NCBI RefSeq assembly: GCF_006345805.1
Contig: NC_043005.1
Span: 81,034,001 to 81,098,000 of the forward strand
Reading direction: 5' to 3'
Origin: Octopus sinensis
Lineage: Eukaryota
DNA length: 64,000 nt
Positions within the stretch are counted from its first letter, which is position 1, and each line of letters opens with the position of its first letter. Both the position numbers and the translations under genes were made by a program. The notes beneath the pieces are model-generated. The model saw only the letters and a program-made list of their open reading frames with translations. It was not told the DNA's origin and ran no database searches. Positions 39,552 to 57,942 of the stretch are shown one piece after another.

Positions 39552-39607
39552 GTATATACCCACACACCCAAACACTCACACACAGATATGTACATACGCA
39601 CTAACAT

Positions 39608-39654
<47 letters not shown>

Positions 39655-39695
39655 TCATGTATATATATTTATACATATATATATATATATGTGTA

Positions 39696-39730
<35 letters not shown>

Positions 39731-39801
39731 TATGTGTGTGTGTGTATTTCAACATACAATCAAACAATCAAACACCATAACATTTCCACACACACACGGA
39801 A

Positions 39802-39850
<49 letters not shown>

Positions 39851-42563
39851 ATATTACGGCAGCTCGATTTATATAAAAAAAATTGAACACACATCCATGA
39901 GGTGTATCTCGCACTGTTTCTTATTAATATTTTCATTTTTTTCTCCGTGGCATGACATTCTAGCAGATGTGTCTTAAACTATTTAGTATATAGTCAAGGC
40001 CGGTTAGATAGCGCACAGTAAACTCTGTTCTGTCTGCGACATTGACAAGGCGAAATACCGATGTTTTTCGTTCTGGAAGAAGGGATTTGGTGTGGGTTGT
40101 CTCCCTTGTCAGTGTCTTGCTTTCAGGCGTTTTTACTCCTATGGCGTTGAGAATATATTCTTTTACTGCTAAAAAATGCAGCCACCCAACGAACTAACAA
40201 CACATACACCTCGTGTATGTATATTCGACCATATATAAAATATAAATATAAATATGTGTGTGCGTATGTTTATATGTATATACATACATACATACATACA
40301 TACATACATACATACGTGTGTGTGTGTGTGTGTGTATGTATGTCTATAATCAAGCAAACGCCCCAGACTTTGAAAATATTGCGGTCACACTCTTGTAATG
40401 TTATCTACTGTTGCTGTTTTCGTTACACATTTGGCAGCATATTGCATGGTGGAATGACGTCAGGCCTGAACATATTTCGAGTAACTTAAGGAAAAAAAAA
40501 CAGCGAAAAGTCAATTTGAAGGGAACAACTGATCGTTAGTGACGTATACTTTTACACTTATATTGCAAATATACTCGGATAATGCATGTACACATAATAT
40601 ATTGATATTTACGTTGTTTCTCACACTCATGAACTGAGTACGATTTTTCATTTAAACAATACTTTATTAATGTAAGAAAAGTATTAATTTCCTGGATCAT
40701 TGTGATTCTAATTTCTTTCAATCAACTTTTTTTTATTTCTCCTATGAAACATTTTCTTTAAGGTCTTTCTAATTTAGTTTTTTATAGCAAACAATCATCA
40801 GATCTTTTCAGTGCGGATAAGTGCTTACGTACGAAACACAGTTTGCTTTTTTATTTCCTGAGATGTATAAAAATAACCTCAGTTACCTAATCGAATCAAT
40901 ACCAAGAACCTTGGTATTGATTTGACATTTGACAATATTGATTTGTATTGAGGTATACAAGCAAATACAACGATATAGCATACGTGATTAAAGAAAATTT
41001 TGACTGGCTATTTCAATAAAATATACTTTAAAAACCTCCATTTTTTACAATACTCTGTTTTTGTTTATTGAGAATTGGGTGAGTTAATACAAATATGTAG
41101 TAAAAACAAGCTGGTTCCTATTCTGTCTTGCATTAAGTTTCCTCTAGGAACATTATTGCATATACTTGCTTAAAAAAACCCTATTCACCTTAATTTTCAT
41201 CTGCTAGAATATTTTCTATATTTGTGAATAAATTCGTCTGTAAACAAGAATATTCTCACTGATGTTTATTGTGAATAAATATAAATATTTCCTTCAGAGA
41301 ATTCCAGTACCCGCATCAGATTCTTAGGAAATATAGAGAAATCTGAAATAAGTTACTGCTTCTGAAATTGGATTCTGAACCTGGTAAATTTAATTACAAG
41401 TTACACATACATACACATGATCACAAATACGTATAAAAAAAACTATGTAATTCTAAATATGAAAACACGGGGAAACAGCAAACATTTTAGATTCTATACT
41501 AATATTTTCTCTCTCTATTGATTTTAAAGAATATCTTTACAATGTTAAAATTTATTTTTTCAATCTTGTATGAAAAAAAAATGTTTCAATTCATATGTTA
41601 CTTTAGTCGAGTGTATTAGAGAACAGCATAACAATACAAATTTTATAAAAATGAAACTTTTTAAAAACTTCAGCATTATTGTAGTTAAATATGAAATATG
41701 TGACTCTCAGATTATCTATTGAGAGATAAATAAATAAATAAATAAATGCATAAATAAATATATAAATAAGCGTTTGTGCTTTACAAAATATACTTCGAGC
41801 TAAGTGAATACTGCTTTTTCAAAATGGTTGCATGTTTAAGAAGGAGTTACTGGAGGGCGAGTAAAAGCGGATCTATGTAAAATAAAACTCATGTAGTTGT
41901 GTAACAATATTTACACGAGAATGCATGCAGCAAAAAATAAGAGAATAAAATACAAGGCAAAAATGTACATATACAAACACATACATATATATGTGGTGGG
42001 GAAGGAGGAAGAAAGGTTACAAGTGAATTAGTGCATCTATTCAAACCTATGTTTTTATACGCATATTGCATGCCATTATTCAGTATCGTATTCACCCAGG
42101 AAAAACGTACATTTATAAAATAAATGTGATACGTATTTCATATTCATATCACGCGAGGCATGTCCACACACTCCCAAGCACACAAGCATGCACATACACG
42201 CACGCACGCATACATAAACACATATCACACACCAATATGTATGCATATATATGAGTGTTTTTGTGTAAGTATATATTTCCTGTGTGTACCTGATAAGAAT
42301 GAAGACTTGGAATGTTTTAACTAGTATAGACTCTTTTTTGCATATACCTCAGCACACATACCGTAATATACAACAGAAATTGAGAAACATAATATAGCGG
42401 TATCTGGATTGAACTGAAAGTATATCTCCGGTGAAAACAGAAAATAATATAATTCTTTGACGAAATGCTTATTTAACTAGTTAATTAATTAAATAATTAA
42501 ACATTCACTGCACATCATATATAAGACGAAATGCAATATGCAAATATATATATATATATATAT

Positions 42564-42768
42564 AGTTAATCCAAACAAGAAAACACAGAAAAAAAACACA
42601 GCAACGCGAGGACGTGGAACATTTAAAGTATTATTTGACGCTCAGGAAAGAAGGGAAGGAGGGTTTAACGTTTCGAGCGGAGCTCTTCGTCGGAAACAAA
42701 GGAGAAGGAAAGATCCCGAGAAGGGAAGACAGAGGAAAAAATATTTTTGCTGGTGGTGCTCAAGAGAT

Positions 42769-42772
<4 letters not shown>
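42564..42772 (-). mobile_element. Penelope-like terminal-repeat fragment in (TA)n, carrying a hammerhead motif
   Basis: Highly similar to 12519-12708 in reverse orientation; flanked by (TA)n on both sides. Confidence 0.75.
42663..42697 (-). ncRNA. Minimal type-I hammerhead ribozyme motif, fully paired
   Basis: Minus strand GTTT-CCGACGA-A-GAGC-TCC-GCTC-GAAAC-GTT-AAAC; stems I and II perfect, palindromic AACGTT in place of stem III. Confidence 0.7.
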
Positions 42773-47114
<4,342 letters not shown>

Positions 47115-47594
47115 ATTTGTAGGCATGAGAGATATAGTTACAACAATAAAATATGGAAGCCAGCAGTTAAAATCTCAGGATAATTTGAGACAACGAGTCA
47201 ACGTATAGTCAGTTTTGAAATGACTGCCAATAATAACAGGTTTGTTTTTTTAAGCTTGGAATATCTTACACAAACTATAAATTTTGCATAATCATCTGTT
47301 ATGTGACATTGTCACTGTGTAGGTAACTACGCCAGAGAAGAACACAACAATTTAAAGCATACAGACCAGAGTATTACGCGGAATAATTGATCATGGATAG
47401 GATTAAGATTCTTTGGAATTTTGTGTGCAATCAGCAGTTATATGTAATTTCATTTCTAGTTTAAATTAGGCACTTATCGAAATAAAACACTCTTAGACAT
47501 AGTTTTCCATAAAATGTTGTTTAAGACACATATGCACACATATATACATATATAATTACACATACACACATATTTATATTTGTGTATGCATATA

Positions 47595-47639
<45 letters not shown>

Positions 47640-47652
47640 GTAGGTATATATA

Positions 47653-47707
<55 letters not shown>

Positions 47708-47945
47708 TATTGCAATCTTAAATGACCGGGGCAGATATCAGGATTTAGGTAAAACTTAATATTTGTGACACAATTACTTATAGGAAATGAAAAGTATCTC
47801 GAATTCTGCTGGCATATTGAAGAGAAACAAATATTTGTTTGAAACGAAGAATTTAAATATGTGCTAACTTTTAAATAATTTCAAGTTTGTCTTTAAGTTT
47901 ACCTTGTTATATCTAAATTTGAAAGAGACATAAGCCACTTAATTC

Positions 47946-48352
47946 CTTTTCTACTGTAGGCACAAAACCCGAAATTTTTTGGTGGGAGGGCGCCAGTCGA
48001 CTAGATCGACCCCAGTACGCAACTGATACTTAATTCATCGACCCCGAAAGGATGAAAGGCAAAGTCGACCTTGGCGGAATTTGAACTCAGAACGTAACGG
48101 CAGACGAAATACCTATTTCTTTACTACCCACAAGGGGCAAAACGTGATTAACAAGTGGACAAACAAGAACAGACAATGGGATTAAGTCGATTACATCGAA
48201 CCCAGTGTGTAACTGGTACTTAATTTATCTACCCCGAAAGGATGAAAGGCAAAGTCGACCTCGGCGGAATTTGAACGCAGAACGTAACGGCAGACGAAAT
48301 ACGGCTACGCATTTCGCCCGGCGTGCAAACGGTTCTGCCAGCTCGCCGCTCT
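47946..48352 (-). mobile_element. Dimeric Nin/Deu-like SINE with alternative distal tail
   Basis: 16-bp TSD ATAAGCCACTTAATTC (47930-47945, 48353-48368); same dimer junction as 22268-22651. Confidence 0.93.
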
Positions 48353-49242
48353 ATAAGCCACTTAATTCACAGCAAAAGGAAAAGAGCTCTTTGAAAATCT
48401 GGTATTATGAAATATATTAAATTGCTACAGTGAACACTGACTATATCTTGTAATACAAAAGACTGGGAAGTTCAGAAACGTTATTGGAATACAATCGGTA
48501 CATTCATAATATGCTGTCTGAAAATATTTATGAGAATGACATGTAGGGCACGTAAAGTGAAAAAGACATATCAATACTGCTTAAAACGAAAATCTTATGT
48601 CCTCAAGAAATCTTGAGTACCCGACAAAGTTCTGAAAATGATTGTTTACCTGATGTGTAAATAGTATGCATAAAGGCATATATTTAGAGGTTAGTGTACA
48701 TGTAGTTACGGTGAGGAATATATTTAATCAACGACATCACAAGAATAATTCTCTTCCCATAAATACAGAAAAAATTTCTGTAAAAAAATTGAAAGAATAA
48801 AACTGATTGCAACATAGATGGAGTGTGTTTCAGAAAGGCAGAAAAAAATAATTATGTGAAAAACTGTTTTGTGCTACACATAGCGGAGTAATGCATCATC
48901 CTCAAAATTTTTAAACCTCCATGCAATCTAAATGTCAATATATCTTTACTATGTGGTGCATTTTTAGTTAAAGCGCTACGCAGTCACTCATTCTATTAAA
49001 CGAAGACTTCGACTTTTTGGTCATATCAGATTCTATAATTACCCCTGCAATGATAACCTCATAATTACAGTATTCTGTTGCCTGCACTAATTGTGGCTTT
49101 CATTTGGACTTTTGCTTATTCTCTTCGAGAGGAATATCTTCTTTCTAACAATATTTACACGCAATGTGATACATTATGTTCTTGAAATTTTTGTGCGCAA
49201 GAGATGATGGTATTTAGGTAAAATGGTATACATATAAGTTAA

Positions 49243-49277
<35 letters not shown>

Positions 49278-49369
49278 TCCTGCCTAAATAATGGATCTAC
49301 AAATGCAATAACCCTGCATATCTCACATCTATTTTCATTCCTCAACTTCACTCTCTATTTTATATCTTA

Positions 49370-52250
49370 TCTAAAATAAATATTGCTTAACCATTTTCTC
49401 ACACCGTCTACAATGAAGGGATATAAAAATATCCCGGAAACAGCTGTAAGACATATTTATAAATGTTCTAAAATCTTCACAACCTTGGTTGTTTATCTCA
49501 TTGTGGAAAAAATTAATTTTTATACATACACATGCTGATATCTCACTTACGTTGGCCTCCTTATTCACATAATCACCGAACCTGAAGCTTAACTATGATC
49601 TGTCCATAGCACTTACTCAGCATTGCCTGACACATTTGGGTCTTATTGACACCATTACCTCTCATAACCTCTCTCTCTCTCTCTATATATATATATATGT
49701 GTGTGTGTGCGTGTGTGTGTGTGTGCGCGCGCATGCGTGTTTGTATGTGTGTGTGTGTGTAATTACAAGTAGATTATTGGCGATCTGTTTCCTCCGTCTT
49801 CCTTTTCTCTTGGACTTTCCTCTGTCCCTTGTTTCTGGAGAAAAGCTTTGCTCTAAGCGTAAAAGATTCAAACACTCTTACTTTCTTTCCCCGAGCGTTT
49901 TTGGTTATTGTTTTTTTTCTTTGGGGAGAAGATTAATTATATATATATATATGTTTAAATCTGACCTGTTGCACGTGATATAAATATGAAAATAATTGCA
50001 ATCATAAAATTTAATAATTCAAATTAAATTAACGAAATATTTGATGTGGAAAATAGTACGAAGATACAAATAGTAATTAATGATATTTCTCAAAACTATA
50101 AGACTAACGTACAAACGTGCAACACTATAAATATTGTGGTAAAAACATTGAACGCATGCTTAAATATGGTGAAATATAGAACACATTGTCCAAAAGAAAA
50201 TTGGACGCCGCATGTAATGAAATTAGTGAGAGATAAATTTCTAGTTCCTAATAGAAAACTCTATAGTAACACAAAAGATCTTTGGAAAATAAAATCTTCA
50301 GTGATATTAAAAGGGATGACAAAAAGAATTTTAAAAGAAAAAATATTCGAAAGACAAATATGAAGTGTATCATACTAACAGTAAAATATATATAAATCAT
50401 AAAAGCGGTAAAAAATATATAAAGTAAATATATTTTATCGAAGTGCGTTTCTTCTAATTCGTCACATATTTTAGCAAATACATTTACGTCTTTATGACTA
50501 TCTCAACTGTAAAATCATAAGATTTCTCCCAGTCAAAGAACCACATACTGGAGTAGATAGACAGTCAAAGATATAAAACTATATCATTTTATATGAAGTC
50601 GTTGAAGTCGTGTGATAGTTGCCAGCATTTACCAGAATATATTTCAATCATAATCTGTGATACTTGGGCAACTCTGCGCTTTGATGAATATTCTACGTAA
50701 TGCGAAATGTCAGATCCCTATGAATTTATAAGACACATTTAGTATGAAATGAAAAATACTATGTTTGGGTTTGTAGAGAAATGATATATTGACTTTATTG
50801 TAACGTGCTATAAATGGAATACATGTGATCGACTTGGGAGACACGTTATTATCACCTTCAGAAATATCCGTAAAAAAATACTATTAGCAAATACATAGAT
50901 TTCTCAAACTGATAATGGTATAGTAAATACAAGACAAAATAATATGTTGTAATATATATTACCCCATCGTATGCTAAATAAAACATAATAATTCATTGCC
51001 TTCAAAGGTGAAGCCAAATATAAGCATAACGCTCTGCAATCCAGTAGTTAGTAATACGAAATGTAATCTCACATGAGGTGTATACAAAATAAAATAAGCT
51101 GCTTTTGTTAGATTTATAAGTCCGGCGGCGTGGATTCAACTGAGGAGGCACACAAGTTCGAATCACAGCAGAGTTCTGAAGTTCCCTTACGCTGGTGAAT
51201 AACGTGTGTTAGGGGCTCATGTCGTCTAAAATCAGGAGGTGTTCACCATAGAGGAAAAATAACAGTGATCACCATATTCAAATTCGAATATGCGAAAAAG
51301 TATTAAGAATAAGCATGCGTGGCAACGCAATATATTGTGGATCACATCACCTTCAGCTTTATAGTTTAAGTCTAATTCTAATGTTACTAAATCTTCCATA
51401 TTTTGCTGAATAAACATTTCATAATCAACTACATATACATAAATTTCTTCAACTTAATCTACTTAAGAGAAGTTAGAATTGTTATATCAACGCTCAAAGC
51501 AAATCTATTAAATGAAGCAAACAGTAGATGTAGAATTATAAACGCTTGTCTCCTCAAGATATCCTGTAATAAACATTGAAGCAAATATAAATGAAGCAAA
51601 AATATTCTGTGCTAATCCAATCCTGATCAACGAGTGTAAAATATATCGGAAAGATAGTGGTAAATTCTAAACTGCAATATTTCAATCACATCAAAAGTAT
51701 TCTCTCATATCTGGCGTGGGATTGAACATGTTTCTTATTTAAATATAAAGTGGAAGATTCTCAAGAGACATCAACTTTATATAAAGTGGAGACACTATTT
51801 CAAATTTGCATAGCTTAGAAATGTGTAATGCTCAAAAACTTTGAACAGTAAGTTATCTAGAAGTCATTGCCGCAAACGTCCGTAAATATCGCTCTTTCGT
51901 CCAGTAATTACTGAACCACTAGAAAATCACACCGTCCACTGAATGAATATAACATGCTTATATATCTACAAGGAATATCCCAACACCTCTTATATTTCTC
52001 ACTTTCTAGCTTAATCCATCACATTTATGTATTCAATGAAAATATTATATTTCATAAGTAAGCACATTACGAAATATACAAGTTCTATAGTTCCATGCAC
52101 GTTTGCTGAATAAAGATTAGAACAAAACGAAGAATACTGTCAACACCGAATGGCAATTAAAAGATAGTTTTAAGCTCTGGAGACAATACTATAGTCGTGA
52201 TAGGATTTTTTCAGTCATACAAGTTTCCCAAGACATTTCCAGAGGCTCGT
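49370..52250 (-). pseudogene. Third LRR/Toll-like receptor relic
   Basis: Minus strand LHSLIRIGLAQNIF, LHLLFASFNRF, DLVTLELDLNY..HNILRCHAC (ORF 51232-51417), ELCCDSNLC, IWLHL/EGNEL, LRNLCI, RLQRLHI, then a hydrophobic TM-like stretch at ~50430-50330. TIR part uncertain. Confidence 0.5.
49770..49925 (+). mobile_element. Degenerate Penelope-like terminal fragment
   Basis: GTTTCTGGAGAAAAGCTTTGCTCTAAGCGTAAAAG (49831-49865) is a decayed version of the 12597 hammerhead motif; next to (TA)n. Confidence 0.6.
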
Positions 52251-52685
52251 TTTTTTTTTTTTTTTTGCTTTCTTTAATATTCCATTCTTATAAAATATAA
52301 GCAATACGCCTAATATATTGCATTATGTCCTTCGGTCTCCAGTCACTGAATATCAAATTAAAATACCGCATCTCTTACTTATATAATACAGATATGTTAT
52401 ACATCATAACATAGATATACATCATAACATAGATGTATATCGCCTTCACATTTACCTAAACAAACTACAATAGAAAATATATAAGAAATTTTAGAAAGAA
52501 TGTCAGAATTCGAACGACGGTGGGTTGAATGAGCAGCGACTGAAATGGATATTACAATGTGCTATATGATAGTAATACACGCACACATACACACACACAA
52601 GCACACATACACATACACACATATACATACATATGTATGTATATATATATCTGTGTGTGTATATCTATCTACCTATCTATCTATC

Positions 52686-52747
<62 letters not shown>

Positions 52748-52853
52748 ATATATATATAATATATATATATATACATATATATACACACAAAAAATATACA
52801 TTAAAAGTATATATGTGTGTAAGGTAAAAATCATATATATATATATAGTTGAA

Positions 52854-52890
<37 letters not shown>

Positions 52891-52893
<3 letters not shown>

Positions 52894-54750
52894 GTTGAAA
52901 TTTATAGGAAAATAAAAGAGGAAGACAGGTGTATGAAGAAAAAAGCTAGTCTATTAGTTTGACGCTCGAAGTAATATGGAAAAGTATTTTACGTTTGCAG
53001 CCTAAGCTCTTTAAGAGAAAATAACAAGAGAAAAAATACAGACAGAATGAAAAAAAAGATTGTAGATTTCAGCGTCCAGCATGGCGAATGGTTCGAAAAA
53101 AAGAGGTTGAGCGAATGGGAAGTAATAATAAAAGAGAGGTTCAGTGAAAGGGAAATGATAAAGTGCTGGTGGTACCAATAACAGAAGATGCGCGTGCGTT
53201 TGTGCGTATGTGTGAATAGGGTGTGTGAATAGTGAGTGGCTGTTTGTGTGTGTGTGTATGTGTGTGTTGTGTATAGTATTTGTTGTGTGATTATTCACGT
53301 GATGTGCATGTATATGTGTGTGTGTGTTTGTATCTGTGAACAAACAGTGTGCCTGTATATTGTGTATATGTGGGCGAAAGTTATCTTTGATTACGTATGT
53401 TGCGTATGTTTAATGCGGGTTGCATGTGTATGTATTTATAGTTTGTGTTCAGGTATTATGTGCTTGTGTAGGTCTAGGAGTATATATTGTCTGTGTTCAG
53501 GCATTATGTACTGGCGTGTTGGTGTGTGTGCATGATTGTGTGGTGTGTTTACTGAGTTAAACTGTGTGTGGTGACGTTCATATAGTGGTATGTGTGGTGA
53601 CGCTATTGAAGATTGTGCGTAGGTGTGTGGATGACTTTTTGAGGTGTGGGTGCTGGGAAGTTGCCAGTGCTAGTTTGTGGAGTGGTGCGGGGTCAGTATC
53701 AAATGAAGAGAGGAAATGAAGTTGGTGTCAGATGGAGAAAGGCGAGGCGTTGAGGCCATGTAATGCAAAAGAGCGAAGAGAGTTGATCAAATCTTGTTCA
53801 TGGTGAAGGTGGGAGCCCGGATGGCCCCTGTGCAAAGACAGTCCAAACACAGACAGTTTTTATAGCGAATAACCGATAAAACGGAAATGGCGCGAGTCTG
53901 GGTTATCATTTACGAGTCTGATGTCGCCGGGGGTGCTCCGCGAACCGGTCAGCCAAGCGGCGTCCCGTTTGACCGATGTACATGGAAAAGGAGAGAGAGA
54001 GAGCAGGGGATGCAGTAAATGACGTTAGTAGAAGTGCAGGAAATACGTCGATAATGCGATAGGGACGATGATGGGTGCTTGTAAGGATGGCGGTATTGGA
54101 GAGGTAGGGGCAGGTGCGACAGCGTGGGTGGGAGCAGTGGAACGAGCCAGGCTGGTAGGAGGGTTAAGGAAAAAAACTGTGGGCCAAGAGGTCACGCGTG
54201 TTATGGGTTCGTTTTAAAGAGGGAATGGGTAGGTTGGGGAAGATGTGCGAAGTGAAAGGTTTGGACTGAAGTCCCCAGAAAGCTAGGAGAATGGAGCGTT
54301 GGAGGGGCAGGGTGGTAGGTGAGGGGAAACGGGAGACGGGCAAGGGCGGGGAGTGTTCGAAGAAAATGAGCAGATCGTGCCCTGGCAAGGGCAGTGTAGA
54401 TAGTGATGAGGGGATATCCAAGTAGTGAGCCATGAGTTGAGGATGAGTCACAAAGTCATGATTGTCATTGCAGAACCTGCGCAGACAGAGGAATTGGCAG
54501 TAGGGGACGAAAAGCTTGATGTGGGTAGGATGGAAGGGAGAGGCGTTAAGGTAGGAGTGTGAGTCAGTGCGGTTATATTGGATGGAAGTAGTGAGAGCGG
54601 AGTGGTGTATTGTAAAAGAAATGTCGACGAAAGAGTTGGAGATAGTGCAGGGAAATTTTAGGGCAAGATGGAAGGATTGGATAAAAGGGAGGAAGGAGTC
54701 TAATTGTTCGCGGGAGAGTGAAGTCCCGCCGATACAGTCATCATATATGA
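52891..54750 (-). mobile_element. 5'-truncated Penelope-like element, Neptune type (RT thumb plus GIY-YIG endonuclease), inactive
   Basis: Minus strand Y.DDCIG (~54745), TDSHSYL..HP.H.K..PY.QFL.LRRFC, CSHPRCRTC, CTSTNVIYCI..MYIGQTGRRLADRFAEH..SRHF; terminal segment homologous to the hammerhead fragments; ends in (TA)n. Confidence 0.92.
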
Positions 54751-54891
54751 GTGTACGTAATGGCTTAACGTGAACAATAATTTTGGCGTGATCTGTCCAT
54801 CAAAATAAAATATTATTAATCATAGACAACTGGAAAAACACTTTTCAAGATCCACACAAGGTAGTCATAACATTTCATCAGATACAGTTAT

Positions 54892-55076
54892 ATATTTAAG
54901 AGATGAGAAATTATGTACATTATTTACATTATTTTCATTAGTTACATTTGACGGATATTTGTCCTCATCTTCTTTGTTGTTAACTCAACTTTTCGGCTGG
55001 TATACCGTCCAGCCTTCATCAGGTGTCTTGGGGAAATTTCGAACCTGGGTTCTCATTTCTAAGGTATTTTTCGATG
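54892..55076 (-). repeat. Short interspersed repeat with a hammerhead core (second family)
   Basis: Partial copies at 12983-13070 and 55841-55866. Confidence 0.75.
54983..55026 (-). ncRNA. Hammerhead ribozyme core, probably inactivated
   Basis: ACAC-CTGATGA-A-GGCTGG-ACGGTATA-CCAGCC-GAAA-A-GTT-GAGT: canonical core and perfect 6-bp stem II; stem III C replaced by A, one stem I mismatch. Confidence 0.6.
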
Positions 55077-55599
55077 GAGGTATGCGAGTTGATGGAAATG
55101 TTAGTGTCGCAATCAACGACACGAGTGTTTTTCACTGTTTTCTCTTTCCTTGGTTCAAATCCTACTCTGATCAATTTTGTCTTTCATCCCTTCAGGGCAG
55201 AGAAAATATAATTTTAGTAATCTCCAGGGACGATGACATCACATTGCCCAATTTCGTCAAAATCGCCGATTTAACGCCTAAATGTAAGATATTTAATTTA
55301 CATACTAAGTTTTGCTCATTGTTAACCACATCGAAAATTACATATATGAGTATTTTTGTTGTTAGTTATTTTTATATTGATTCCGTTGAATCAAACATGA
55401 AGTGGAACTCTTTTACAGGCAGGAAAATATGTTTTATTGTTTTGTAAAACATCAGATAGATCCCGAATAAGTGCTAAATTCGATTTGATCAACTGGTTTT
55501 TAACCGGTCAAGAAATATTTAATTTTGTGTGACTCATAAGAGATACCGGAGAGTGTTTTGATATTTAGCAAAATCCCTTTCTATTTTCTGTTTAAATTC

Positions 55600-55896
55600 A
55601 TCCTGTTGAGATAGATCCTAATGTTCATAGCTTAATGATTTATAAAATGAAATATCATACAAAACCGTGGTTCCGTATAAACCAGTGCTTCGCAACTGGT
55701 ATGCCACTGCACATGGGTGTTTCACGAGACGGTACTTGGTGTGCCGCAGCGTAATCTCGATATAATTTTTTCCCTTATACCTTCAGGAGTGCCGCTGAAT
55801 TTTGTAAAGTATATAAATTTACCACAAGTGAAAAAAAGGGTTTCATTTGTAAGGTATTTTTCGATGTTGTTGTTGTTATTATTATTATTATTATTA

Positions 55897-55963
<67 letters not shown>

Positions 55964-56150
55964 CCTGTTGAGAAATATCTTAATTTTCATAGCTTAAGGA
56001 TTTATAAGATGAAATATCATACAAAAACATGGTTCCGTCTAAACCAGTGCTCCGCAACAGGTATGCTGCGGCACAATGGCGTTTCACGAGACGGTACTGG
56101 GTGTGTCGCAGTGTAACCTCGATACAAGTATGTCACAAGTGAAAAAAAAG
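55600..56150. repeat. Diverged direct duplication (55600-55840 / 55962-56150) separated by (TTA)n
   Basis: Both copies begin ATCCTGTTGAGA..TCATAGCTTAA.GATTTATAA.ATGAAATATCATACAAAA. Confidence 0.9.
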
Positions 56151-56164
56151 ATTGCAGAGCACAG
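56045..56164. mobile_element. hAT (Charlie-like) MITE, 120 bp
   Basis: TIRs CAGTGCTCCGCAA / TTGCAGAGCACAG; perfect 8-bp TSD GTCTAAAC (56037-56044, 56165-56172). Confidence 0.88.
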
Positions 56165-56919
56165 GTCTAAACGACACTAAACCCTTCCACTCAAATATAT
56201 GACAGAAAAAGAAATTTCGTGATTATTGTCACAATGGTACAATGCTTATATATGATAATAAATCTTGGCTAAGTATCAGAATTATATAACAGCGAATGGA
56301 ACATTTGCCTAAGACTTTTCTCACCGTGAGCTTACTTATGACACTCCACCAGCTGTGCATATATAGTATACTGGATAATATAATTCATAGCAATGTCTAT
56401 TTAACGTAGATAACTATTCTATTATTGCAATATCTGTGGCATAAATAATGCATACTAAAATTTTCTGTACATACAGCATTATCAATTACATTGGTATACT
56501 TTTTTCGTATTTTTCTACTTAATGGTAACCATAAACAGTTTAAGAGTCTTTGGAAACATCGCAAATCTCGTAAAATAAATAAATCACTATAGAATATATT
56601 TAAACATTTAGAGAAATAATATATTTAATACATTACCAAGATTAGCCCTAACATAAATTTATTACAACTATTGTTTTTGTTATATTTTTGTCAAGAATAC
56701 AGACAGAACTTGCACAATAAACATTGCTGTTCTGGGACAGTTTTATCTCGACAATTAACAATGGCAACATCAAGAACAACAGCAACAACAATATTAATAA
56801 TAACAATAACACTTACAATAAATTAGCTTTCGTTCATAGTCACAGAACGGTAGTAATAATGATATTAATATCATCACATCTCATAAATACAAAAATAGAA
56901 CCAACACCATGTATGTTTG

Positions 56920-56952
<33 letters not shown>

Positions 56953-57942
56953 ATGTATATGTATTTACGTGTGTGTGTGTGTGTGTGTATTTCCGTGTAT
57001 TTGTTAATATGTATATAATCAAATATGTACGCACGCGCGTACACCCAATTCACTCCAACTTTATCTAATTATATTGTTATTTATTCACTCAACACGTTTA
57101 TTGGTTTTTAGTTATTTATGAAAATGCGTTTTCTATGTCTTTTTCTCTCTTGATAATATATTAATATACTGAAAGCGACTTTATAATCTCTTAGAATTAC
57201 AGCCTGCATTAATTCGAGTTATTAAATGCGTACTACAGTGTTATGAGAGCTTTAGGCCGTGAGGACTATTCTCACAATGATGATATTTGTACAGACCATC
57301 CGAAATATTAACAAATAACTATTGCAATTGTATTTGTAATTTTATCACTTAACGCAAGCACAGATGTGATCAATTTTAAATGTCACCCTTGACGACAGTT
57401 TTAATATTACTGAAACTTTCCTTGCTTCCGTGCAGGATTACAAGCAGTGTAAAACAAAAATAAAATTAGTTGCAAACTTAACTACAGTGTTTTTAATAAT
57501 TTAAATAGTCCATCATTAATTCAGCCTATTATAATATTTATAACTATTTAAATAAACTAACATGTTTGCACAAAAGTTTTCGGGAGTACAACTAATGGGA
57601 GACAAGAAGCAGAATTGGATGCTAGAATTTCAGGCATTAACACCGTAATTAACTAACTCCAGCATTCAGTCTTCAGGAGCGGAGAGGTTCTTAAAATGCC
57701 AAATTTCATATCTTCATTTCGGTCCTCATCTCTATCATTACTTATGGTAACTAATGTCATAAAATTACTGAAAAAGTTCGATCACGAAAACAAGCGGATC
57801 AAATAGGTGTTTTAAGGGGGATTTCGAGAATACATTCTACTTGGTAAGCTGCTTAGCTTTAAGTTACAAGAGTCTCTTCAGGTTGAGCTGATAGTTCCCT
57901 GCATTGAGAGGTCAAAACCCTGGTAGTACGGGAATGGAGTAT

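Noticed and set aside
54959-55447. 162-aa ORF
   Set aside because: It spans the antisense of the hammerhead repeat and a SINE fragment; no recognisable domain.
56230-57480. Possible further LRR/TM relic (ANGTFA; ITIAIVFVILSL)
   Set aside because: Only two short words in AT-rich DNA, compatible with chance.
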